From NCBI GenBank assembly GCA_030704615.1, contig CM060731.1:46252001-46316000 (forward strand): a stretch of DNA of 64,000 nucleotides, given 5' to 3'. A program made the translations under genes and the position numbers. Under the pieces are notes generated by a model that did not search any database, was not told the origin of the DNA, and saw nothing but the letters and a program-made list of their open reading frames with translations. Source of the DNA: Takakia lepidozioides. Taxonomy: Eukaryota; Plantae; Bryophyta. Below, in pieces: positions 23,170 through 35,017 of the stretch; the first letter of the stretch is position 1, and the number at the start of each line of letters is the position of its first letter.

Positions 23170-25868
23170 CGTATACGGCGGTTCTTGAGGGCTTACAGGA
23201 ACTGCTTTGCCTTAAGTTTGAAGGACTTAGGAGCACTGAAGGGTCAAGAGATTCGCATTGAATTGACTACTGACACGCCAATCTTTCAGAGACCCTATAG
23301 ATACAGTGACATGGAGAGGTCCTTGATTCAGATGAGAACTCGGGACCTTTGGGAGGCTGGGTTGGTGGAGCTATCTGGGGGAGAGTATGCCACAATGATG
23401 CCAGCCAAGAAGGATGTCTATGGCAATTGGACGGAGAGACGTATGTGCGGTGATTACCGGCCTGTAAATCGTCAGACCAAGTCCGATAGGTATGCCATGC
23501 CGACACCAGAGGAGATCTTTGATGCCATTGGGTATGCCAAAATCTTTAGCACTTTGGATTTACGATCCGGATATCACCAGTTGCCGATCAAGGAGGCGGA
23601 TAAGTAGAAGACGACATTCTGGGGGATCAATGAGCACGGGAAGGACTGCCTATACCAGTGGCGGTTCTTACCATTTGGGCTGAAGAACGCTCCGGCAAAG
23701 TTTCAGAGAATCATGGACAAGATTCTAGCAGGGGTAGAGTTTGCTCGGTGCTACATAGATGACATCATCATCTTTAGTGCTACGGTGGAGGAGCATGAGA
23801 GACACCTTCAGCTGGTATTTGAGCGCTTGAGGGCGCACGGATTGAAGTTACATCTGGGGAAGTGCAAGTTTTTCCACAACCAAATTGAGTATCTGGGTCA
23901 CATGATATATCCTGGAGGATTGGGGGTACAGCAGACTAAGGTAGAGTCCATTGCACAGATTCCACGCCCCACGGATGTGAGCCGAGTTCGAGCTTTCATG
24001 GGGTTAGCAAACTATTATAGACGGTTTGTTAAGGGATTTAGTGCCATTGCAAAGGCTCTAACCAAACTGACCAAGGTGGACCAGGAGTGGCAGTGGGAAG
24101 ATGAGCAAGAACAAGCTTTTCAAGAGCTCAAGGCGAGGTTGACCTCGGCGCCCATCTTGAGACGACCTATCAGGAGGGGTCCTTTTCAGCTGCATACAAA
24201 TTGGAGCATGTTGGGGCTTGGAGCGGTGCTCACACAGGTGGATGATGAGGGAAGAGAGTTCGTAGTGGCTTATGCTAGCCACTCGAACAACGTTGCAAAG
24301 TCTAAGTATAGCTCATATGAGGGAGAATGTTTAGCTGCAATGTGGGCCGTGGCACACTTCAGGTGCTATCTATACGGCAATCTCTTCACTCTTGTCATGG
24401 ATCACCAACCACTCAAGTGGTTGATGGAGTCAGACAAGCTTACGGGGAAGCTTGCACGGTGGGCACTCATCCTTCAAGAGTATAACTTTCAGGTTGTGCA
24501 TCGACCGGGTTTGGTCAATCGAGATGTAGATGGGTTGAGTCGCAATCAATGTACGAGCCAGCAGGATGACATTGGAGCTCGGTGGCATGGTGAGACGGAC
24601 AAGGAGATGGTGCCCGGATGGCATGCATCTGCATTTCTGTGTATCTTGGTAGCGGAAGGCCAGGTTGGACCTGCAACAGGGATGACTGTAGATCAAGTGT
24701 CTGAGGACCCTGAGGCCAACAATGAACAAGGTGGCGCCAAAGATATACATGAGGATTCAGCTGTGTTGGACTACCTCCACACTGGAGACACGGCAGCCAC
24801 TGTGACTGCCAAGGGTGAATGCAGGGTTGACTGGACCAAAATGGACGTTACCAACACAGTTTTAGATGACTGCAATTGATGGTGTCATCAATTGAAATTG
24901 AATTAACTCATTAAAACCAAAAATATATATATATCATTGGATTCCTAGCTTCAATACGCACCCATAGCAACTCTCTAATCATGAATCCGATAAGAAATGA
25001 CTCCGCTATGGACTTTTGAACATCGTCATTGTGGACTGTTACCGCAATGAATGGAATTACAATGGACTCAAGTTCTCATATGTGCCATTGGTGAATTCCA
25101 TTGAAATTTGGACATAAGGTGGCCATTTTGGTCCACATCAAGGTATGTATTTGAAGTGGCAAAATCATTTGTCATTTGACTCATATGGACTAAATATATG
25201 TAAAACAAAATAGGCATTTTCTTAAAAGTCCATAGCTCATCTTGTTTTTTGGATTTTGGGTGTCATTTTTTTTCTAGAAGTATTAAAACCTATAATCTTC
25301 AATGGCTAGGTGTCATATTGAAATGTTTTTGTAAACTCTAATTTTTTAGTTTTTTTTATAATTTCTCTAAATAATAGACTAAAATGTTTAATGAATTATA
25401 TCTTTAATATTTGGGGTAGGACTCTTTACTAAATATGTTCAGTATACCATTATCTATCATTAAAAAAATATTTTGGGATAGTATCATCAACTCTTTTTTT
25501 TTGGTCATGGACTTTCATAGAGCAGGATATGCCGTTTTTGGTCCAGTCAACCCTGCAACTGCCCCCAAGGAGAGGGACTGGATCCTACAACGAGCCAAGA
25601 GGTTCAAGTGGGAGGGGACACACCTGCTCCGAGTGTGGGAGGATGGTCGAGTGAGAATTGTACCTCACCCAACACAGCGGGCATGGTTAGTGCGGCATGC
25701 CCATGAGGAGTTGGGGCATTTTGGGGTGCGACGCACTCATAGTCTACAACAGGGGCAGTATTAGTGGCGTGGTATGTACACAGAGGTGCAACAATTTGTG
25801 GCTAGGTGCATGGTGTGTGACAGGGTGCGTGCTTCATTCAACGCCCCTACTCCACAATTGCACCCTCC
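23170..25868 (+). pseudogene. Gypsy pol: reverse transcriptase, RNase H, integrase N-terminus
   Basis: RT: RMCGDYRPVN, FSTLDLRSGYHQ, LPFGLKNAP, YIDD (23752-23763). RNase H: LGAVL..YSSYEGECLA..DHQPL. Integrase: H..LGHFG...C..C (25700-25820). Interrupted by a MITE. Confidence 0.95.
24813..25565. mobile_element. MITE inserted in the gypsy pol
   Basis: Inverted repeat GCAGGGTTGACTGGACCAAAA at 24821-24841 and 25536-25556, with an AT-rich interior. Flanked by direct repeat CCAAGG (24809-24814 / 25565-25570). Removal restores ...T A K E R D.... Exact ends and TSD length are ambiguous. Confidence 0.85.
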
Positions 25869-25869
25869 T

Positions 25870-26931
25870 CTGAGGATGAGGACGAGGATGACTAGTTGTA
25901 GTCTGTATAGGTCCCAAGGTCAGCCTACTGAACCCTTGTGAGCAAAGCATCTCAGCTCATTACTTGTAAATATATTTCCATCTGTATTTTAATTCTATCT
26001 TTCCATCTTCCCTCTTGTTCATGTGTCGCACCGGCCTCACCCTTGATTCATGCTTGGTCAAACCTATGCAATAACCTATGCTATGTTCCCGTTAAATCAG
26101 AGCAATGGAAGCTATAAGGTCTTCCAACACACCAAAAACAAACTAGGGAAAAATAAAAAATCACCCCCAATTCACCCCCCAAAATCAACCCCCAAACCCC
26201 CCCCCCCCCCCCCCCACCACACGGAATGCCACGGCAGGGCGTCGCTTTCAACAGCGCCCATGCGATGGGTATTTTTGGCTTGCCACGGGAGGGGATCGCA
26301 AGATACGACTCCCCGGCGTCGCCACAACCCATTGCGTAGCAACGGCCGACCCCCCCTGCGACTGGTTTTTTTCCTTGGCGACCTCCGGGGGTCGCTAGTA
26401 GCGACGCCGCAACGTTGCTGATCCCACTCCCGCCCTGCCCCGCGTTTAAAAATAAAATAAAATAAATTAGAAATATGCGACTCCCAGGAGTCGCTGAAAC
26501 CCACGGCCGGGTGTCGCAGAGCCCGATTCCCTGGCGACGGGGTTTTTTACGTATGCGATGTCCGGGGGTCGCGTTGTTTTTAGTATGCGACACCCGGGCA
26601 TAGGAAAAAAAAACAACGATGCGACGCCGGGGCATTGCCCCATCCAACGCCGTCGGCCGGAGGGTAGCGACGGTCGGCCGACGCTAGAAGGAGGCCCTTG
26701 CCAACGCCCTAGATTGCCAAGTAGTTATGTCCGGGTGTCGCTGGAGGAGGACAGGGGCTTGCGACCCCCATCCGTCGCATTTTTGCGACGATATTCCAGC
26801 GACGCCCTGGGGACTGGTGTGCGACTCTAGGGCGTCGCAAAAATGGCCCCCCGCCTCAGCTGCAAAATGGCCTTTTCGCGACGCTGCGGAGCTGCCGCGA
26901 CGTCGAAAACCCCCTTTTTTTTCCTGTAGTG
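25870..26931. mobile_element. Right arm of a CACTA element (partner end not found)
   Basis: Ends ...CGTCGAAAACCCCCTTTTTTTTCCTGTAGTG at 26931, matching the end type at 42341. GCGAC/GTCGC subterminal repeats are dense over 26200-26900. Confidence 0.75.
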
Positions 26932-28075
26932 CCTTATGGATGCCGTTGCGCATGTCGACAGTGGCAATTTACCCTTCCAGTAGCATCTTCGCTCTGCATG
27001 GGATCTCCTCCCGGCACCGGCATTCACGAGCTGGTTGCTCAAGGCCTCGACCATCTTCAGGAATTTTCGAGCGCGTGCACTGTCATTCTTTTTTCGGCAT
27101 GCTCTCAAGTGCTTCTTCTGATTTGCATCGGGCCCGACTTTTATCATGCGCAGGACCTAGAGCAGGGGCGTGGTTGGCAGCACGACCTACTATCGCACCT
27201 TTCCGCCTCTCATCCCCCATTTTCACTAATGCGCTCCGCCTTCGACTCGGTTTGCCTCATCCTTCAGCATTGGGCCTTCAGTGGTGCGTCTGTCGTTAGC
27301 CCATCGATGACCTTGTCATGGATCCACCTCCTCCGCTGCCCATGCGGTGGCGAACACACTGCGTCTTATGATGTGGTTCGCAACACGGTGGCATTTGTTG
27401 CAACTTGCTCGGGAGGCTGGGTATCATGTATTGCGTGAGCAACCTCATCTACGGCCCAAGCTCACGTTCCAATCTACACACCACTATGTCGACATCGTTA
27501 TCTCTAGAGATGGTTTGCGTACCCTTGCGGATGTCGTTCTCACGGACCCCACTCGAGCGGATCTGTTACCTCGCGCAGCTACCACACCGGGCACGACAAC
27601 CGTTCTTGCAGCTCAGGCCAAGGAGTGCGATTACAGATATCGTCACCCCACCAACAGATTTCTTCTGTTGGCAGTCGAGATATTTGGCTCTTTGCAGAGG
27701 CACTTCGACGATTTCTTTTGGACATGTGCACATCATGCAGCGCAGAGCAGGTCCACTGACATTTCGCATGCCTCCGTCCTTCTGGCACACTATCGACACT
27801 ACCGTGTTTCAGGTGCTCTGCAGAGAGCACAAAGCCATATCTATTTTGCATGGGTGGATGTGACTGGCTCCGCGTCATCTCATCTTCCGCCTATGCCTAA
27901 TACTTTGCCTATTTCTTTGCATGATCTCCTCCAGGCTGTTGGCTGGGAGGGTCGTTCTGGTTGAGTAGCTTACTATAGCTTTTGTTTTCTTCCTCCTACT
28001 TCTTGTTCCTCACCCTCTTTTGGGAACTTCTCATCTTATGTATGTTCACCCATTGTACATGTTGTAAATAAAGTC
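26932..28075 (+). mobile_element. 3' fragment of an RLE-type (CRE-clade-like) non-LTR retrotransposon
   Basis: Reads AGAWL..RP....FRLS...F..ALRLRLGL, a CxC..HLLRC zinc knuckle, (H/Y)DVVR, VDIV...LADVVLTDP...AAQAKE, and LAVEIFG. Frameshifted. AATAAA lies near 28067. Confidence 0.75.
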
Positions 28076-30783
28076 TTACAGGGTTTCATCATAGTAGTTG
28101 ACATTCAACGTTCCTATATCAAAATGATGGAGGAAACAGCTCCTCATTGCCATCAAGCTTCCACCGGACTATGTTGGTTCAAATTTTTTTTCATCTGAAA
28201 TAAAACTTTAATATTGATGGCACCTGGGATATGACTGCAAATGAATGGCCTGATTGATTTAGTACCTGGAGGGGATCTCTTTTGTTCAGATCTTAATAAA
28301 TGTAGATGCACTCACTGTTGTGTTGCTTGAACTTTGTGTGGGACCTAATCAATTTAATGAAGCTTATGTTGTATAATATGAAGAATTTGTGGGCAAATGG
28401 AATGATGGAGGAAATGTTTTTTTAAAAATTATAAATGAAATTTCTAGATGGATAATAATAATATATGGATATCATATGCAAAGAAGTAAGCATAGGTATT
28501 GTACTCACATGAGCAAAATTTGCAATTTTTTTTAGCAAATTTTCGTTTCGCCATAACGTATTGTTTGTCCTATTTTGCTTACATAAGCATGCTCACATGC
28601 TACCCAACTGGAAAGCAACTTAATCTAGCCCTAATGCACAATTTCCCAAATGACAAGTTGGCAACTCACCACTTTCTCAGTTAAACATTAGACTTATTAT
28701 ACAATACTTATGTTAGTGTAAAGGCAGTGCATGCAGACTATCTTGTCATCTCCCACCCATCCCAACACAACAACCACAGTCTCAAATTTCCACATCTACC
28801 ATTTACTTCATGAATTCGGAGTCAAGGGCCACCTTCCCGTATTTGTCTTAGTTTCGACCTACATCTTAGTGATCCGACCCTTCTCCTTCTATTGATTTTC
28901 CCTCTCTTCCCCTATTCGCGGGTTTAAGGTTGAGTTAGCACAATTATACAAACGCTATGATTCTGATATGGATAATACATGGGTAACGAAAGACATAATT
29001 TGTTCTGGCCTTTTTGTACCCTAACAAACCTTGCACATTATGCCACACATAGGCCCCTCAAGTAATGGTCGTATCTTTTACTCCACTGTAAGCATGTGGT
29101 AGACCACCGCACCACACAATACCTCCATGACTCTTACCCTGCACATGACTTGATTACCCCATGTGGTCTCACAAGATCATGCCGTGAAACTTTACTTGTC
29201 CATGGACTCCATATAAATTTTGTCAAGAATTCCAAGGACCACACCCCTCCCTCACCATTCATATAATAGAATTTACAATTTGCCATGATTACAAATACCC
29301 TGACCAATCAATTATGTATAAACATGAAAACTATGAACCGCTCATTTTAGCCCCTTTATCAACATGGATGGAACACCACCCCTTTGACTATCATTACTAT
29401 TGGTGTTAGAGGGGGAACATATTGCCACAAACGTTAAATCCTAAAAGAAAGTATAAAAGTGATGGATCATTTTCCCCTAATTGGATCCATCAATTAGAGC
29501 AATATCATAGTGGTGAAACAGACTATGCACCAAGCATTCAAGCATCCAAGCATTACACATATTTTTGGAACCATGCATCGGCGGGGGCCACAACACAAAG
29601 GCCAAGCTGTGGCACCCCCCCCACCCACAATATGCCAGGGTGAACATCCTCTGGAGGAATCATCTCATAGGACCCAAGCTACTAATGTTACCACCAAACC
29701 ACCTACTGCAATGGTGGTGGATTCTAAACAGATCATAACATGAAAAGATCCTGCAGAATGCCGCATATGAAGAGCATGTCATCCCTTACCAATAGTTCAC
29801 TCTCTGGCCCTGGACACAATCAAATCAACAAATCACTTCATAAATGCAACTGCACTGAGCAAGTTTTTTCCCAAAAGAGAAAACAAAAGAGCTGTGCTGT
29901 GGGTTCTTCACAAGAGGTGCAAAACTGTGAATTGTCAAATCACAGCAGAGAGGAAATGTCTCTATTATTGAAATTATGAAAAAATTAGTAGTTCTGATTA
30001 GAGGGGCCCAACGCCCAATAGTCCCAAATTTCATGAAAAAAAACCATGTGTGGTCAACCAACAGTTGCACAGGACTGGATCCGAATGTTGCTATCGTACA
30101 CTCTTGATGGGAAAATGTATCAACTATACTTGCCCCCTTCGCTGGGGATTCGGAAGTAAAACTGAAGAGGTAAAACCATGGGAATTACAGTAGGCACAAG
30201 AAGTGAAAACAAAAAGAAGGCCTGGGTAGGGTAGGGGTTGCATGTTTTCTTTTTTACACCACGGGACACACCCCCCCCCAACCCGCCCACCCCAACCCTC
30301 CCCCCTCACCCTCTCTCTCAATCTCACATCAGCATTCGTCCCGGGTTCAGTACAGTCCCATTGGGTAGGGCTCTGCCAGGGCCGTTGCACAAGGGGTTCC
30401 AGACAAGCCCCCCCCACTCACAGGCATTGTCCATATGCCACGTATTGCTCATTATGAGGCTTCCATTTTCAACCTGCATCCACCTTTGCACCCGTTAACA
30501 GACTAGCCTAAACTCTGACATCATGCCCTAAGACCAAAAATGTAAGGCACTTCGCGCTTCTCACCCTCAGATGTGATAGTGATATTGCGTGGATCAACAT
30601 AACATTGCATGTGGGACAATGACCACAGGCAACTGTCTACTAAGTACATTCCTCCCTCTCCCGTCAGTACTTCTGCAGCTCTTGCTCTTCTTGGCTACTG
30701 CTCTTAGGCTGTGAGACTAGTGAGCCACAAGGCTCAAAGTGCCTCAATACTTAAAATTCAGGAACAAATCCCATCAAACACTT

Positions 30784-33700
30784 TCACCTCTTCATCTGAG
30801 AACTGAGACAACAGACCTGATTAGAGTCATTCTCCTCCTTGCTCTTGATCCAGGCAGGTTGCTGGAGAAGCTCAGCTTGCTGAAACGGCATCATGTTCGA
30901 TGGAATATCAAACAGCAGGTCAGGCTCTGTACCATCTGACCCTGGAACTTGGAAATCTGGTAAATCATCCACCGAGACCAAACAGCCCCGGTCAGGGAGC
31001 AGCAGACTGTTGCCAGGAAAGCAGGTTCCCCCTGCATCAAGACCAAGAGCTCCATCCTTTGAGGAGCTCCCTGTGTCCTGTGTTGCTAATTTGGCGCTTT
31101 GTAAGTGCTTTCCAAACGCAAATCCACTGTAGGCTGTCCCATGACTGGACAGAGGTGATAAATTGCCATTCTGTTTCTGGAATCCGGTGAGAGGCATCAG
31201 GTCTTCCTCCATACTTGCACCACCTTGTCCCAGTAGCCTGCCTGGAGAGTGTTTAACACTTACGGACCCTGCTGACGCTGATGGCAACCCATACCCCTTC
31301 ACCTTGTCCTTGCTACCTTCTTTGCCCTGCACATTACAATGGCTCATTACCATAGGCCTGACGTCATATGAACATGGCGCTGAGTTTGATGCATTCATTC
31401 TAGTAAGATCCTAACGTCATAATTACTAATAGCATATCAGCTAATGTTCTGCATATTGTTCCTCCATTTTGTTATAGATAAATAATGGCAGACAGCTGTT
31501 ACTTCGTGGACAGGCACAGTGCTTCGCCAAATCATGACCAGGCATATCAATGAGGTTGTGAACTTTGGACATGCCAGACAGTATCTCCCACATGCTTGTT
31601 GGAATTCAGTAGGTTATTGGTATGTCCAACCATCCACGAGAATGCCTGCTCTTGCAACAGAGTATACATTGTCATAACAGCCCTTTCAAACAACAAGCTT
31701 ACCAAGAAATGATATTTGTGCACTATGGTAAGTGATCAAACCATTGGAAAGAGAAAAGTTCCACAATGAAACCAATACCAACACAGCTCACCTTTGCCAT
31801 TCCAGTGAAGCTCAGTCTGAAAGGGAATACCCGTGACTATCTGAAAGCTAATGCGAGGCACTGACAAACACTTCATACAGCAACCAAAGTACAAACCTTG
31901 AGATAATCAGCTGAGCCACCCCGGCGCTTGTGGCGGTTTTGGAGTTGTGAGCAACGATCCATCCAGTATGAGTGCGTGAGGTCTACAACAGTGAGTAGTT
32001 GCTGGAAGTGCTGAAGGATGCGAGGATTGACTCCCAGCTCTGCTGAGTCAAACATGCCCTCTGAGAGCAGCTGCTGGAAGTTGGTCAGAGCCCCTTCAAA
32101 TTGTGCACTGCTGAACATTGCCTTCAAACTGCCATATGCACACACACATACTCCCACTGTCCCATCACTTGCATATCCCTTTTTCTTCTTCCATACAGCC
32201 TGTACTTTAGTCATTCTGTGTCCCTCCTCCCAAACATAATGTACTGTGCACGACCTTTGGGAGAGTTATGATATTTGTGCACTATGGTATATCAGCCTCT
32301 CTACTCTAGTAGCATTTCTCTTTTAGCTCTAACTATCTTTCTGCTACTACATCTTTTGCTTTTCACATTGTGTTCAAAAAATGAAACCCAAGAACCAACC
32401 AAACATAGACTCTCCGGCATTTTTGAGAGAAGACCAACCTTTCTGGAACTCTGGCAGCGTCCACAGATGACACAAACTTCATCAACTGACCTTGCTCTTG
32501 ATCGGTGAGAAGCCCTGTAAGAGTGTCGAAATTGACTATATCCTGTGAAGAACCAAAACCAAAACCAAACCATCATTACTTCGAATCCTGGAGGCCATCA
32601 AAAGGACACCAGGTCCAAAAGAAATTAAAATTGAAGTACACAGTTGTTACTCATGGCTGACAAGCAATCTCAGTACAGCTGTTGAAAAAGTGAACAGGTA
32701 AGGCTTTTGAGAGTAGCTGAGTAGCTTTTAAACCAGCCCCAAAAGCTGGATTAGACAACCTTACCTTCATTTCCAGAAAGACTAGAGGAGACTGGCAGCT
32801 TTGGAGAACGTCCCGCTTGTTGTAAGGGAAATTCTCTCTGCGCACAGGACCGTGCTTTTAGAAAAAATACCTGTGGATTTGACTCGCAAAGAAAGCCTAG
32901 CTTATCATTGAGAGCTCGGACCATGGCTTTGCCTAACCAAACCTCTATGAGGTAAAGGAAGATGTGAAGCGGGAAGCACATCACAATGAATTCCAGACAT
33001 CAGTAGCTGGAACTCAACATCTCAGGTAGCCAAAAATGTCGGCAAATGAAACAACAGAACACATGATTGGATGGTGTCAAAGAACCTTATTCTGAGTCAT
33101 GTATTCTGAGTCTAAGCCTAAAGCTAGCAAATGACAAGACAAAAACTATGCTTACATAGTGACAAAAACCTACAAAAGAGTGTTTTGAGGAGTCATACCT
33201 AGGTCTGAGTAAAAAGCTGGAAAATGGCACCATAATATACTGTGGTTGATGGCATGAAATACTTACAAGAGAGCCTTATTCGGAGTCATGCATCGGTCTG
33301 AGTGCAAACTGCCCCCACCCTCCATCTTTCTGGACACCTGCTTTGCCTTCTCCTTCCCTCGTACCAACAAAGACTTTGGTGCTCCATTGGGTAGTTGTGT
33401 CAGTGGGCCACTGGCCCTTGCCTCTGCCCTCTGATTGAGAGCCTGTATAGCTATACCTCCGCCTGAACTGTCTATTGTAATTAATTTACTCTCCCCCTCA
33501 GGCTCTTGGTAAACGGGTGCAGGCACCTGCTGTAGGAGTACACTGCCCAAACCTATCTCAACCCCCACTAGTGGGGCATTATATTCCACCAAAAGAGCAT
33601 CGGTTGTAGCAGTATTGGTGGTGAGGTGGGGGGCAACAGCTGATGACTCAGACATCAGTGCCTGAAAATGTCTGGTGATCTTATCAAGTGAGGTGCGGGC

Positions 33701-35017
33701 CTGGAACATGGATGTGCGCTTCCGCGAAGGAACTGGACCCTCCCACAGTGGCTCAAGCACTGCAAGGCAAGTAACATAAACACCTTCTAGTCAGTTTCGA
33801 CAAAGGCAGTCTGTGACAAGAACCACAAAGAAAGAGTCAGCAGGTCCCTGTTGCTTGTAAACAGAAGAGATGCAAACCTGCGGGTTCTCTTTCTGACAAT
33901 GCACTCAGGTGCATAGCTCCTCCATCAGACACCAGGAACTCCTCTTCCAAACCCCTGGAGGAAGAACGCTCCACTCTCACGGACCCCCCACTCTCTCCAG
34001 ATCTTCCCCCCCTGCTAGAGTCACATGGCTCCTTGCGCTTGTGCGACCGGGGCTCAGATGAGTGTTTGTGGGCAAGCTTCTTGCCACGGGCCCACCTTAG
34101 GTCTGACGACCCTTCAGGGCCACCAGCACCTCCAAATCCACCCGAATGCATGGGCATGTAATTGAGTAGAGTTCCTTTAGTGCGCCATCGTGACCCACAC
34201 GCATTGCACAGGACTGGTTTCTCTGGAGGTCCATTTCGCCACAATGGAGTTGCTGCATTGGCCACCCCTCACTTGTTAGTCCATGACCTATGAAGATGCA
34301 ACACCCATCTCAGCACACGATGGCCTTAAGCCGTGAGCTCTGGGGTAATATGATAAAGTCCCCTTCCTCATTCTTAACTTAAGACCTCTTCTCCTCCATC
34401 CAAATCTCTGTCCATCAAACTTGGGGACGTGACAATCATGACAAATACAAGTAGTCCTGCAAATTTTGGTGCCTGTGGCAGTTGGTTGTCTCATGGATTA
34501 TCATAAAGTGCAATATCATGAAACCGTGGTTACAAGGTCACTACAGCTTTCCAGGTTGCCACCCATTAAAATGGCCACACATCAGCTGTATCTGTCATCC
34601 TCCTGAGGATTCCAGACAATTCTGGATAAAAACTTATAAACTAAATGAAATACCGTTATTGAAATTCCTTGCAGACACCAACTGGCATGTTCTGGAGCCT
34701 TCTTGAAATGACCAACCCGCAGATTACCACATACAAAGCCCCAGTGATGGGTTCATATTTCTAACGATTATGGCATAATGTAAATTCATTTATATGGATA
34801 ATGAGGGAGGAGTAAAGGTCTCTCAATGAGGTGGCACAATTATCAACAGAACATTGCCCAAATCAAGCAATGTGCCCCTTGACACCCTAAAGCAGCTACA
34901 TAAACCTGGCATTGCTAATGTGGAAAAACCCAGTATCGTACAAAAATGAAAGAAACCGAGATGGGAGAAAGCCATACTGGAGATGCCACAATGGCAGCAG
35001 GGGCCCTGCTTCCCCAT
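30784..35017 (-). CDS. GATA transcription factor, GATA26/27-like (N-terminal GATA finger + ASXH/DEUBAD domain), spliced
   Basis: Exons 35017-34978, 34252-33878, 33759-33267, 32837-32765, 32542-32439 and 32128-31897 join in phase with GT/AG ends. They give [46 protein letters not shown], and [47 protein letters not shown]-terminal [16 protein letters not shown] lies in 31410-30800. Exons between 31897 and 31410 and the true stop are uncertain. Confidence 0.92.

Larger units (their letters stand above)
21408..25868 (+). mobile_element. Decayed Ty3/gypsy LTR retrotransposon encoding a C5 DNA methyltransferase; gag/protease and 3' end missing
   Basis: Domain order is DNMT-RT-RNaseH-integrase HHCC, i.e. 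the gypsy order. The left boundary (TG at 21408) is tentative. Truncated at ~25868. Confidence 0.85.
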
